Assembly: GCA_003614675.1 (NCBI GenBank)
Contig: ML002275.1
Span: 1-49,779, forward strand
Direction of reading: 5' to 3'
DNA length: 49,779 nt
Origin: Dimargaris cristalligena
Taxonomy: Eukaryota
In this document: one piece after another, positions 11,348 to 24,135 of the stretch
How positions within the stretch are numbered: position 1 is the stretch's first letter
How the letters are laid out: each line of letters opens with the position of its first letter
Program-made: the position numbers and the translations under genes
Notes under the pieces: model-generated
The model's input: only the letters and a program-made list of their open reading frames with translations
Database searches by the model: none
Told to the model about the DNA's origin: nothing

Positions 11348-14300
11348 AGTCCCTCGGTAGTGTGATAAATAGAGGGTTGCTAAACCCTTTTTTAGGGATT
11401 AGAAAATATATATATTTTTTTGGTAGTCCATCGAAATGATATTCGGTGAGGGTAAGGTATTATTCCTGTGGGACCGGCGGACTGCGCGAGGAACGGACCA
11501 CCCGTGGGTCGGACTGGGACCAGGACCAGGACCAGGGCCGGAACTAGAGCAGGCGGTGTATGGCGAACACAATATTCTGCATTACAATTGGGTCGTGACT
11601 TGCCGTCTAAATAAAGCGATCAACCCTTAGGAAAGGCCGGAGAGGCCGGCGTACCCCCCACCCGGTGGGAGAAATACCCCAATCTCGATCTACCTACTGA
11701 CGGGATTGTCTAGGGACAATCCACCACAAAAGGAATCGGATTAAAGTAAGTTATAAATAGTCCCACTTCCCAGAGAGTCCGAATTTGGCATCTAACCAGG
11801 GGGGTTATGCGGTCTACGGAATAGATTACGAAATTTGAGCATCGGATAAAGCCTGCTCTATTCAGGGCGATGCCACAGTCCCAACCTCCCCCCAAAGTTA
11901 ACAGCTTACCCTGAGATATTCTTGCAACCGCTATCTTGTTCTTTACCTATTCATCTACATTCCCGTACCCACCGTAACCGGGCTGTTTCACCCCAGCACC
12001 CTCACCTTCGCTTTCTGCCTCTCCTCTCTCCTTCCCCCCGCGGCCGATCCCTGTATTGTTATCTGGCCTCTGCTGCATGACCGGCTGACTCGCCGCATTC
12101 ACCGGATTAACGAGTAATGCTTCTTTGAACAGGCTAAAAAGGGGGGAGATTTGAGGGGATATGGGGAGGATTGTCTCATGCGTGGGCTAATTCGGCCAAG
12201 TATCTTGCCCCATATTGCACCTATTTCCCCTCGCTTTCTTTTCTCCTCTCGCGCCTCCCTTTCCTTCTTGGGCCTCGCAGCCTCGCGTTGACGGTGTGCG
12301 ATGCATCGCCTATTTTCTTACTGGCCGTTAAGGAAAAAAATAGAAAAGGGCTGAGAAGGCGAGATATCCAGTCGCGCTCTGCATCAGGCTGCAGGTCGGC
12401 CAAGGTGACCTGTATCCGTCATCTACCGGTTTGGATTCGGATTCGGCTATGCAGCCCACTCTCTACCTGTGTGTACTACTCCTACTCCTACTCCTCCTCC
12501 TCACTTCCCTTCGCCTCTTCTTTCTAGCCCACTTGCATGACATATTATACTATCTCTCGCCACTATTCGCTTTTGATTTCCTTTTTCACTTGGGGCTTTT
12601 ATTCCGGGATTTCCGACGTCCGACCGCCGCTGATTTTGTTCATCCCCTGGGACATGGGCCTCTTCTAAAGCCAGGTCAACAACCATCCGCTTAGAGACAC
12701 ATAGACGCACTCTCTTTCTCTCATTTTATCCGTATACTGCTCATTAGTCCACGTTGTTCGTCGGCTAATTAGGACTGGACGGGCCATGCTGTGTGTGTGT
12801 GGGGGGGGGGTCTCGTACCCGCTTCATTTAGGGACCCATTCTGCACTTTTGGCGGGGTACTTACATAGCAACACCCGCGCCAATACCCTCACTCCTATCT
12901 ATGCACGGCCACTCTTATTTTCACATCCTCCCAATCCCTTGAGCTATTGGGTAGGGGTGAGGGTTCCCAGTAGGTAAGAGGGCGGCAAGTCTGCTAGCCC
13001 CAGGTAAGCAACCCTTCCCTTCCCTCCCTCCCTCCCTCCTCCTTCATCCTTTCTACTGTGCGGTGTATAGGCTGCTGAATGTGTCCCCCTATCGGAAATG
13101 CGCTTCATGCCCGACACTGTCAGCTGAGTGCCCATGGCGTGTAGTCATATCACTTGGCGCATCACTGAAGCCCTCTGCGCATCATGGCTGCAGCTCGAGA
13201 AGGGTATATCTTGGTCTGGCGACCTACGCCATGGGTCGGCTGCCTTATTCCGGAGCGCAAAACCAAAACAAAAAAAGAAAAGACGGTACATAGGGTAAGG
13301 TATTTATTTTTTTGGTAAAAGAGGAGGAGAGGGGTGGTGGTGGCTCGCCGAAGTGATTGTTGTTGGCAATGCGGTGGGATAGGCGGGGAATCAACCTGAC
13401 TATGCGATCGGGATACAGTGCGATTTATTGGAAACCGGGTAATGGGTTAAACGCCCAGTTTAGCTCTCCGAATCTTCCGAGTATAGCTTCATTTCACGGG
13501 CCATGTCGTCCATGAAACCGCTACTGCCACCAGGACCGCTGGGCACGTATAGCAGCCATTAGGGGAGTGGAGACCACGGGAGGATATTGCTATTATTCAG
13601 GGGCATGCTGGGCTGGTTTTCTTTTTTATTATTTTTCACCAGTACGGATAGTCGAATATTGGGCGATGTAATGGAGGAGTAGTAGTGACGTTACGAATGG
13701 GAAGCGCGGCAGTGAAGGCGGGATGGGAATCGGGGCGAGTCGATAATTAGGACTAAGATGTATATATATATATAGGGGTTGGTTTAATAGGCGCTGGACT
13801 GGCAAATAGATCACACGGGGTGATTCGCCAAGTGAAAATAGATGTGGGCATGTATACCAACCAAGTTGCGGCTGATTTGACGGAAAATACTTTTGCTAAT
13901 CCCCGTGCGGGTGTGTATCTCTCTTTTTCACTAGCCCCTTCAACCCAAAGTCCCCATTTGCTAGGGCTGCGTTACTGAATGTAGCGGAACACCTTTGCTG
14001 ATGAGCCTGGTGGTTACAGCCACCTGACTCCCTTTTATCTCACTCACCCTCGGCCAGTTCGTTGCCACGCGTCCATTTACAGAACCCCCGCCCTTTTGTC
14101 CCGGTAATTTCTAACCTTCCCGACCCATAGCCTCCTCCTCCTCCTACAAGTACCCTTGATTCTACCTGGTTTTCGACCTAATGGTGCGCGCGCCCCTTCC
14201 TTCCTTATCCCGCCAACTCATTGTCCCTGTTTTTCCAGCTACTTGTTACCATTGTTTTCCCGCCCTGCTCGGTTAAAGAGAGTTGCTGGTAAGCGGCTTA

Positions 14301-15060
14301 CATCACGTCTTTTTTCAAATAATTATGAGCAATGTGGGCCGGGGAGTTAGATTAATGGCCTTATTTTAGGGGGGAGGGGCTTGTTCTGGATTACCATGTT
14401 TTTGTTCTTTTTAAAAAGGGCATCCACCCTAATTTCCAGTCCTGGCTATGCTTACCATTGCGCGGCGAACCCTTTGCGCACCCGCCACTATAATCCGTAT
14501 CCCCCTCCTTTTTGGCATTTTCCATTTGGGTCAATCCAATGTGGTAGTGGCAGTGGTTTTGCGGCTGCTTCCACTGCATGGTCACTGTATTGAGATATGG
14601 TCTTGGATGATCTGCCGCCTCCCTCTCCCCTTCATCCCCATTCCCTCCCTCACTCTTTGCCTACTCATCCTGGTATTCTGTCTGGCCTACATCTACCCAC
14701 ATCCCCCCCCCTTGGTGTCTAAATATATACATATACTTGGCTATATATGTATAGGTTACCTACTAATAGGGAGTTGGATGAACGTGAAGAGAAATATCTA
14801 TATATATACAGCCTTCGCCCACGCCCTTTAGACCTCCGATATCGATGAAGTATTCGTGCGGTCCGCAGTCCCAGCCACCACAGGCTAAACCTACCTTCAG
14901 AAATTGATTATCTTCGCTACTCCCCCTAACTTGCTTAACTTGATTCTAATTACTACACGTTTTTAATTATTGCGAACTCTCTACTTATTGTAATCACTTG
15001 CCTTGTTGCTTAACCCCCCCTATACCCTTTTATATTACACCAACCACACCCATAATCTCA

Positions 15061-16244
15061 ATGCCTCCAACTATGATTACCACATTCCACCAGGGTCCCA
15101 ACCAGCACTTTAGCTCCAGTCATGGCCACCATCGCCACTACCCCCACCACCGACATGTTCACTCACACCCGCACTCGCACTCCCATACGAGGTTGGACGT
15201 TGGTCCGTCGGTGCCGCCCATAATTGCTTCGCCAAACCATTCTGTTCCGCCGTCGGTACCATCGCCATACACGTACCCGTCGTCATCCTACAGATTATCA
15301 ACCCCGCATAACATCGAGCCCGTCTATCATCATCATCGTCGTCATCATCATCACCCAACCACGACGACCACGACCACGACCACAACCGTGGCCACGACCT
15401 CTACCACATCCCTGGGCTACCCAAACAAACTGGTTCTACCGTCGCTCCGCTCTCCAGGCAGCGTCATCGAACTGCCCCGACCTTTCCCCGACCATTATAT
15501 CGAGCGAACGGCCATCGCCTCCCCGGAATGGCCTAGGTCCACTACTCCGGCGTCGTACCTTAACAACCACTTATCCGGGCCGTCCCCCCCGACCAAACGG
15601 ACCAAACTATCACCGACTACTACTACTATTACTACTACTACTACAACCCCGAGTTCAATACTGGTACCCGCTCGTTCCCGCCGGAAAGTGACCCCGTTGA
15701 ATTTGACGGAAGGTATTTCGCAGTTGCACCAGAGACTACAGGCCTTGGAGGTCCGGTTCGGCTTTTTACGGGGCCATTTTCAGTTGCCCCAACTACCACC
15801 GAAATTCATTAGTCTGGATTTGACCCCGGCGGCCCACCCCAGCAGTCCGGCCCAGGTCGGTAAGTCGCCGGCGTCGTCACTACTGCTACTGCCACCGCTG
15901 TCGTCCACCTCGTCTGTTTTATCGGGCATCCTGCCGCCACTAACGCAAGCGCGTACCCCCAGGCCTACTACTGCTCCTACTACTACGTGTGGGTCTATCA
16001 TGTCGACCGCAGGCGGTCTAGACCCCCGCCCTATAGCCGCGGAGTCACGGCCCGAAGATTTAATTCGCAATCTTTTTGAGCTACGGGATACTAACTACCG
16101 CCTTTCTTGGTACTACATTAAAAACAAATGCGAGGTAAGTAGTGTGCCTCTCCTCCCCCCCCCTCCTACTGGGATTATCCACCAATACTCGAGGAAATTG
16201 AGGCTGCGCCTCCCACTTCTGGCTCACTTCATCTTCCCCCTGCG

Positions 16245-16277
<33 letters not shown>

Positions 16278-16571
16278 CCAGCATTATATTTATAGGCTGC
16301 CAGAGGGGGGGTCGTTCTTTCTATTATATATGTTACTATCATATCGAAGTGGTCCAATGATTAGGTCATTCATACCTGCAGGGTGTGATGACGATCCAAA
16401 TTTGCTGATGCATGTGTAAATTCACTCCATGGTAACCAATTGCACTCACTAATTCCTCTTATGACTCTATTGCCTAACTGTTGGTAAAATCACACCCACC
16501 CATCTCTCCGACATTAGGTTGATTATCTCGAGCATCAGTTGCGAAATGCCAAATCGGAATATTGGCAGTAA
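15061..16571 (+). CDS. Hypothetical His/Pro/Ser/Thr-rich protein with two short helical segments, putative nuclear regulator; exons 15061-16134, 16518-16571; ~375 aa
   Basis: Long ORF with in-frame triplet repeats (poly-H, poly-T). Donor GTAAGT at 16135 and acceptor TAG at 16515-16517 extend the helix in phase 0 (YYIKNKCE|VDYLEHQLRNAKSEYWQ*). NLS-like PPTKRTK is present. The start codon is uncertain. Confidence 0.65.
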
Positions 16572-16922
16572 CGTCGGGTTCGTCTGACCAAACGGAGTGG
16601 GTGGCAATCAAACCAGGTGCCCCCCCCTCTTTTATACGGCCCACTAGATCGGGTCCTCGGGCCCCCCTACTACCCCATCCTATCGGAACATGTCTCTTAG
16701 TTGCATCCAACTATAGCTACCACCATTCAGCGATAACGTATAAGGACAGGAGCGGGGGAGAAACGTCATGCACTTCTTCGATTTTATGAAACCCATACTC
16801 TTTTTATCCCCCCGCCCTCATGCAAATTGTTTTTTTTTCTTAATAATAATAATCAGGACAATTATTATATTGCATATTTTAGGTCTGAATTTTTAGCCCC
16901 ACTTATATTAGGTCATGTGTTT

Positions 16923-16924
<2 letters not shown>

Positions 16925-16960
<36 letters not shown>
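16925..16960. repeat. (AT)18 microsatellite between convergent genes
   Basis: Direct reading of the sequence. Confidence 0.9.
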
Positions 16961-16963
<3 letters not shown>

Positions 16964-17287
16964 ATCCATGCTTAAGGGTAAAGGTAGCGGCTGGCCATGT
17001 CGCATCCACTATTTGTATGTTATTTTTATTTTGCCCATGGATCAGTAGAATATTTGATTATCAAAAATTATGAATGACTATAAATTACCTTTGGATTGGT
17101 CAAGTGGTTCGGTAGGGCTATTGTTTTATAGATAACTCGGGGTAACAATAACCAATAGGAGTATATATATATAAAGAGAGAACGGGGGTAGCAAGGCCAA
17201 CATTGCCAACGCAATGTGGTCACAGTAGTTATGAGTACAGTATAGCGAGTACGGGTGGATGCAGAAAGAAGCGTACGTCTTTCCCCA

Positions 17288-17505
17288 TTACGGGCGACGC
17301 TTACCGGGGTTTCGGTAGTTGGTCATGGCGTTGTCACTTCCAATGACCCCCACTTTGCCCTTGACTGTATCGGGGGACGCGAAAATCGATTTCGAATTAA
17401 TGCCGGAACCTTTCTTGAGTTTTTTGTTGAATTCCTGCCACGCATTCTGCTTCTCCCGCTGGATTTGTCCGGCCGAGGGTCCTTTGGCTTTCCGTTTGGC
17501 GGACT

Positions 17506-17544
<39 letters not shown>

Positions 17545-18361
17545 CGGGGTTTTTTACAGTCGAAGGTGCGGCTGGAGCCGGTGTCACTTCGGCACTTGAC
17601 GAAGCCGGTTGGTTAGTGGAGGGTGGCTGGGTGGGATGGGTTGAAGGGACATGCTTGGTTGAATCAGATGGAGTACTAATGGCCGTGGTGGAGCTCGGGG
17701 TAGGCTCGCTGGTTGCTATCGTCGTTGAAGTACTAGGAGAAGTGGGCTTCTTGACCAATGGTTTGAGATCGCGCGGCTGAACGATTTCGGTATTGCCGTA
17801 GCCAGTGAACAAAACGGTTAGTGTGGGCTCTGTCGTTTGTACCAGACCCTCGTAGTATTGATTGTCTACATGCCACTTGGCAAGGCAACGGTCGCCCACT
17901 TTCCATGTTATACGTTTACTCAGTTCTAAAAAATATTAAATATAAAAGAGGATATGTAAAACGAGGGTACCCGTCGAAAGGAAGGTGGTCAGTGTGAGTA
18001 TACTGCGCTTACTGTCTTTTGGTGGGGGAGCCAGTCCTATGTATTGCTAGGTGAGGTACATGTTTAGTTGTATGTGTCAGAGAGAGGGTGTGGAGAAACA
18101 GTCATTCGTTCAGCGATTTGATCAATACGGTATAGTTTTTTTTTCGTACGCCTCGCTTAGGGTTGAGGAATGACGGAACTACTTACCAAATGACGAAGAA
18201 GCGGGGGCTTTCGGGGGTTTGGCTAGGGCTTCGGTAAGTTGAATAACGGTTGTCAAGTCCTTGTGTAATTTAAGCCATTCCTCATTGGTTGGATCTTGCT
18301 TAAGTAGCAGTTCGATTTGTTTGAGTTGATAGCGATGACTTTCGAGCTCTTGGGCGCTCAT
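17288..18361 (-). CDS. SPF30: Splicing factor SPF30/SMNDC1-like Tudor protein; exons 18361-18187, 17925-17288; ~270 aa
   Basis: N-terminal helical hairpin (ELESHRYQLKQIELLLKQDPTNEEWLKLHKDLTTVIQLT), Tudor domain (WKVGDRCLAKW..YYEG..VLFTGYGNTEIV) and C-terminal KQNAWQEF..SIFASPD..GKVGVIGS. The phase-1 intron GTAAGT..TAG restores the frame. A further short 3' exon after a GTAAGC near 17300 cannot be excluded. Confidence 0.9.
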
Positions 18362-18998
18362 GTTGGCGATAAGACAGAAGGGGTGTGGTGGCGGATGGTA
18401 TGAATTAAAGAAGGGGGTCGGAAATGGGGGAAAGGGATACAATTAAGGTGCGACAGAGTAAATGGAAATGCATACATGGGGGAATGTAAACCGCTATTTT
18501 TTTATAGAAGAGAAATGTAATTTGCTATGGTTCGCTATTTGGAATGGGTTATGCGTTCATCCAATTTGGTTGGCTCTACGCCAAACAAGCCAGCAGCTCC
18601 ATTTGGTTGAATACACCATTTAATGTGGCCATTAAGATTGCGGCTCTGGACACCCATGGTCTTAGTTTGAACTATGCAATGCTCCAAATAAACTTTCGGG
18701 GGGATCATCGTACTGACTATTAGCGTATAGCTTACGTGTATTTTTAAAGGATGCTACAATCAAAACGTACAACAAGCCAAACCGTATGAATGAGATTATC
18801 ATGCTGTAGTATCAAAAGAAAGAGTCGATTTATATAAAATATTTAGTGCTTTTAGAAAGAGTTTTCAAGGAATCATCCGAACTTATAAGTGCATCAGGTC
18901 AGGGTAATTTTTAGTTTAGCGAAGGAATAAGGGATACCAGAAAGGTCCTAACCGGATACATCAAATTAAATGAAACCAGCCGCAAAGGCCACCACCCC

Positions 18999-19753
18999 CT
19001 ATTCCGCTTTGGGATCCCGGGGCTTCAAAGCCACCCGGTACATATTCTGGGTGTGGAAAGGGGACCAAATACCCCGCACACTGGGGTTATTGGAGAGCAC
19101 AGGCTTCTTGTGCCGGAAATCGGGCTGACCCGAGGTATTGGTCAAATCCTGGAGGCTTTGTTCAACTTCCTCGGCCGTCAATTTACGGGTGCAGACAGAG
19201 CGTTCGTTACCATTATCTATACGAGGGGACGCGATGTGAAGGAGGCAGGATACCGACAATAGTGCATGGTCAAAGACGTTAAAATCGTGCCGGTATTACT
19301 ACCTAGTGGCATGTGGTGTGGGCTCGGCAATACATGTATGTAATCGTTGAAGTATTAGATTAGCCCTCGCCGATATTACCGATTAGGGAATCTTAAGCAA
19401 ACATTGCCGGTATGTACCAGGCGGGGGGTAATAACCACTACAGTGTTTGACTTACTGAAGAAACCCTTAATTTGGGGGTGGCGGGAGGGAGCGGGCTGGA
19501 CGTGAACCTCGACCTGGGGATGTTCCTTGGCCCAGTTTTGCAACCGACCGCTCATGAGGTATTCGAGCATACCCCGGCTACTTCCACTCCGTTCGCAGTA
19601 GTTGAGGACTAGCTTCCGACACGGGTAGACAAAAGCACCCACCCCGTTCCGGAAGGGCGCGGGCTTCCGGTGGATGGCCTCCAAGGCCTGGGTGACAGAT
19701 CGTTTGGCGAGCCATTTGGCCTTGATCATGGGGTTGAGCTGACGGCGAGTCAT
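18999..19753 (-). CDS. MRPL51: Mitochondrial large ribosomal subunit protein mL43 (yeast MRPL51 family); exons 19753-19456, 19216-18999; 171 aa
   Basis: Motifs NGVGAFVYPCRKLVLNYCERSGSSRGM, HPQ..NGNERSVC and SNNPSVRGIWSPFH. A phase-1 GT-AG intron joins the two ORFs. Confidence 0.92.
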
Positions 19754-21071
19754 GGTGAATACTATATATTAAGCGAAGGGTGGGGGATCAGGAAAAAGTT
19801 GAAATGAAAGTTGACGACGGGTTAGAAGATTCATGGCCCAACGGAAAAGATGTATTGGGATTAAAAAGACGATCAGCTTGGGTGAGGCTGGATCGAGAGT
19901 AACTGGGGTAAGCGGTAAGTGGGTCTAGTACTGATTGAATGTTAGTTACAGTTGGACTAGGCCTGGCTCTCTCGTGAGTTCTATGCGGAGATCTCTCTAA
20001 ACTGAAGAGTTTGTGAATGCGAGCTGCCAGGTATCTTTTGTATAAGCTGGGGAATGTGTGCGCTAGGGCCAGTCAAGTCACGTGCTGCATAGCATTATTC
20101 TTGGGTAGTGGGTTGAATCTCAATTGTCAACGACTTGTGTGGGCCTCTATTCAACTTAGCTGAAAAGATGGGGGGGATTCAGTCAACCAAAATGTAGCAG
20201 GGTCACATAGCACGTTGTTATATTAGTTAGGTTCCTTTACTATTCCGATTCGTCTGCTACTTAGATGACTTATACCTCTTACCTTGGTACGTATTCTAGA
20301 TGGCTTAGCCAAGGCGTTACTGGTGACAATCAGACATTGGCTATCATAATATTGCCTAGGTTTATTGTATCGTATTTGCTCACCTAGAGACCACAGTAAG
20401 GGGAAAATCGAATACAGCTATAGATGCTTGTAGAGGATCGCTAAAAAACAAGTTAAAGCGTTCGAGATTAAAGTAGGAGTTGTGATCAAATCTATAACAT
20501 CCCCTATGCTTAAGCTGGTGAACGACCGAGGTCTACCACGAGGTGACTATGGGCCGGTCATACCGCTTCCGATGGTCTTAATGAGTTGCTTTTTTACTAA
20601 TAAAGCATGTATAGATTGTTAGGTGGTTGTATGTTCCCTCTGCTCCCTTTATAAGGAAATACTTACCAATTACCAGTAACATGGCTTTTTTATACCGGCC
20701 ACTATCATATTGGTATTTCGTATTTTGAGTAGGTCGCTTTCAAAGTATGCCCTTTTGTTCCAGCTATTCGGGGTTGTTTACCATCGCTGTAGACAATTGA
20801 CTGCATGTCTGGCTGACGAGGAAGTAATGCACTACAATTCAGGAAGGGAGTTTTCTCAGCATGAGTTATATTTAGACCACCGCATACCAATAGTGCGGGC
20901 TGGGTATTTTAGGGAAATGAACACACGCCGGTGCTTTATTTGGAGAGTCCTTAACGGGAGTAGGTAGTATTCCAGCATACCCGAAATACTCCACCGTTTC
21001 GTAGTAGGGGCATTGGCGAGATGTGTGTCCCTAGTTGCCTTCCTCTCATCGAGATGGCCGTTTATTTGAAT

Positions 21072-21620
21072 TCGGAAATTCCCGGTTGTATCTCACCCAA
21101 TAGGTAGGATTTCCTCTGGCATTCCATCACCCCTAAGTATCCCGCCGGGTAGCTCATTTCTAGGGGTTTAAATATCCCTTGCGATGTTCAGTTTCCGTAT
21201 TATTCGGCATAGTGCCATTTACTTGGCTGGGTCCGACTTCCATCAGTTCTAGTAGCATCACCGGATCATTCCGGTCATGTTCGGCACCGCCGTCTGTCTC
21301 CCACGGATAAAAGACAGACCAGTGGTCAACCAACCACTGCCAATGTGCCCCTGGAAAGTGATGAAAGCCAGCTAGTAGTTAGTAGAAGGATATATGTGTG
21401 CAAATCTCGACAGGGTCAGCTGCCTCCATCGATAAGCGTTGCGTAGGCCAAGTGGTGTAGTACTGTAGGTAGGTGGCACGGGGATAAGGATGTACACTAA
21501 TCCTTTCGTCAGGGGAGGCCGGGCTTGGCCATCCCGCTACACTAGAGGGGTCAGCGACCGCTTTTGGTGTACCCCCACATGCAGGCTTGGGCAAGGGCCT
21601 CAGGCCCAGATATATATAAG
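21072..21620 (+). promoter_or_regulatory. Putative urate oxidase promoter with GATA sites and a TATA-like element
   Basis: GATAAA 21306-21311, GATAAG 21431-21436 and 21483-21488, TATATATAAG 21611-21620, and TCGG-N6-CCGG at 21072-21085. Confidence 0.3.
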
Positions 21621-21875
21621 CGATACCTGTTTGGAAATGCGGCCCTGGTGCTTTACTGACTTGTTTGCACTTATTACATTAAGAATAGTTTGGACCTTCT
21701 TCGCCTAACCAACGCCACGCCCTATCTTCTATATTAACCAACCCGTTCTTCCACTCTCTTCTACTGAATCCCTATATATCTATTTTTCAACGCATTACTG
21801 TCCCCTAACTCGTCCGTTGGCTGTGACTGCTTCTCCTTTTCTCTTACTAAACCACCGTTTGCCCTTACTATTACC

Positions 21876-22868
21876 ATGGCCACTTCCGTTCAGCTTAAGA
21901 CCCAGAGCTACGGCAAAGACCGTGTGCGTCTGGTTAAGGTCGTCCGCCACCCCGGGGGTGTCCAAGACCTAGCCGAATTAACCATTACCGTGCTTCTGGA
22001 GGGGGACTTTGAGGCCTCGTATGCCCAGGCCGACAACCGCAACGTTGTAGCTACCGACAGTGTTAAGAATACCATTTATGTGTTGGCCAAACGTTTGCCT
22101 TCCGTCCTGCCCATTGAGAACTTCGCCCTGACCATTGGTCACCATTTCCTCCATACCTATGGCCATGTCACCCGCGTGCATGTCTCCATTCAGCAGCACC
22201 CCTGGAATCGCTTGGTTGTCGACGACGAGGCCCATCCCCATGCGTTTACCCGTGGTGGGGAATGGCGTCGAACCACTCAGCTGGTGGCGGAGCGCAAGGT
22301 AGCGGCGGCTGCTCCTCCTAACCTGAAAAACTCTCCTGCCCCCAAGAAGACCACCGACGCTACTTTGGCTGCCGCTGCGGCGACCGCCGCCTGGACTGCC
22401 CGTATCACGTCGGGCTTCCGTGGAGTTTCAGTCCTGAAGACCACTGGCTCGTCGTTTAGCAATTTCCTGCGGGACCAATACACCACGTTGGCCGAGACCG
22501 ATGACCGCATCCTCAGCACCAACATTGACTGCCAGTGGAGCCTGAGCTTGACGGACCCCGAGGCCCTTCGGGTAACGGACTTTAGCCATACTTTTGATGT
22601 GGTTCGCCAACATACCCTGAAGCTGTTTGCCCAGGATAACAGTGCCTCCGTGCAAGCTACCCTGTTCCGCATGGCCGATGTCGTTCTGCGGGACTGCCCG
22701 GGTGTGCAGGAAATCAGCTACGCCCTGCCCAATAATCATGTGTTTGGGGTTGATTTGAAGCCATTTGGCCTGAACAATACGGGCGCTAATTTGGATGTTT
22801 ACATGCCCATCTCGGACCCGTCCGGCCTGATTACAGCCACCATCACCCGTAAGAGTGCCAATCTGTAG
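21876..22868 (+). CDS. uox: Urate oxidase (uricase), intronless, 330 aa
   Basis: Motifs YGKDRV, VVATDSVKNT, VLKTTGSSF..F.RD.YTTL.E..DRILST, SASVQATL, LPNNH and DPSGLI. C-terminal ANL is a PTS1 variant. Confidence 0.96.
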   Translation: MATSVQLKTQSYGKDRVRLVKVVRHPGGVQDLAELTITVLLEGDFEASYAQADNRNVVATDSVKNTIYVLAKRLPSVLPIENFALTIGHHFLHTYGHVTRVHVSIQQHPWNRLVVDDEAHPHAFTRGGEWRRTTQLVAERKVAAAAPPNLKNSPAPKKTTDATLAAAAATAAWTARITSGFRGVSVLKTTGSSFSNFLRDQYTTLAETDDRILSTNIDCQWSLSLTDPEALRVTDFSHTFDVVRQHTLKLFAQDNSASVQATLFRMADVVLRDCPGVQEISYALPNNHVFGVDLKPFGLNNTGANLDVYMPISDPSGLITATITRKSANL

Positions 22869-23099
22869 TAACTTGTCGGTTCAGATGCACGTACCGGTTA
22901 TCTATCCCTTTGGAAAGGGATATGCACTGGGCTGCTCATGTTGCAGATTGGCCCTGTTTTCCCTCTTTATGGCGAGGCCTATTATGTGAGAGTGAAGGGA
23001 CTTCTTCGCCACTGTAACTAGGCCCGGCGCTTTTGATCGTTGGGCTGGTTTAAGGAATACCATTCGTGTTTAACTATGTTTATATAAATTGGGCTGTGT

Positions 23100-23243
23100 A
23101 TATGGGTGAAATTCGACCCAACTGTATAAGGTTTTACATGGTATGTGCATAAGAGAATAGGCGGGATATTCAGTTATAACCAGTAGCGATTGCCTTATCC
23201 AACGGATTTTTAGTTATACAGCCTCATTGAACTTCTCTTATAT
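23100..23243 (+). mobile_element. MITE copy 4 (diverged), 3' of uricase
   Basis: ATAT-GGGTGAAATTCGACCCAACTGTATAA...TTATACAGCCTCATTGAACTTCTCTT-ATAT. Confidence 0.82.
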
Positions 23244-24135
23244 GAAGTTGGCTTTACTCAATAATGATATTAACGGTGGCATAATAATTGAACGAGGGGG
23301 GGGGCATAGTCGGGTAATATACGCACTTCCAATAGACCCCCACAGGAACAGTCCGTAGAAGGGAGAGGATACCATCTTTGCCCTTGGTCACACAAATCAG
23401 GTGAAAGGGAAGGGTGAATAGGGGCACCACGTTCGATCTGCTGACACTGGCCAAGTCCTTTTTGGCAAATTATTTGGTAGCGACATCCTTTACAAATCAT
23501 CTTGCACTTTTGCGTTAGGGAGTCCCTCGTATCTATCTAACTTGGGGCGGATGCTTGCATTGGAATATATAATTATATCCATGCCAAGAATGGTTCCAGA
23601 AAGGGTAAATGGCAAACTACTTCAATTTACGAATTAGTTCATGCTAACTAATGGAGTAGTCGCTGTGGCGGCACTCTAAACTATTGCCGATGAAGTCCCC
23701 ACACGCAAGAGTTTGGAATAAAGAGGCATTTGTTTGGCTGGGTGAGGAACTGTAATGGCGGTCTCTCTTTTGGAGGGAATGGGCCTAGTAGGGCCCAGAA
23801 ATAGTATCCACAGGGGAGGGGAGGAAGTTCTTACTTACCATGCACGTCACCCGCCAAACTCCACCAGTTCCTTGGCGCGGGCGGAATGAACAGTTCTACT
23901 GTCCCTCCTTCACTCAATTAAGCCGCAACTCTCTCCTTTCAGACTGCCATTTTGTTTCTTAACTTACTCCATTCATCTTGTCTCGCCCATCCCTTTGTTA
24001 CTCATTAGTTGCCCTTTCCCACTGCACCTTTGCGTTCATCATTCTGTTTCTGTTAAGGAGCCTTTCCACCCCTTTCGCTCTCTAGAACTCTATTTCCCAG
24101 CCTCTCCCCCCCAATTATACCCCGGACTAGCTTCC

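Noticed and set aside
12431-12694. Hydrophobic poly-Leu small ORF
   Set aside because: Hydrophobicity is explained by a CT-rich simple tract, and there is no independent support.
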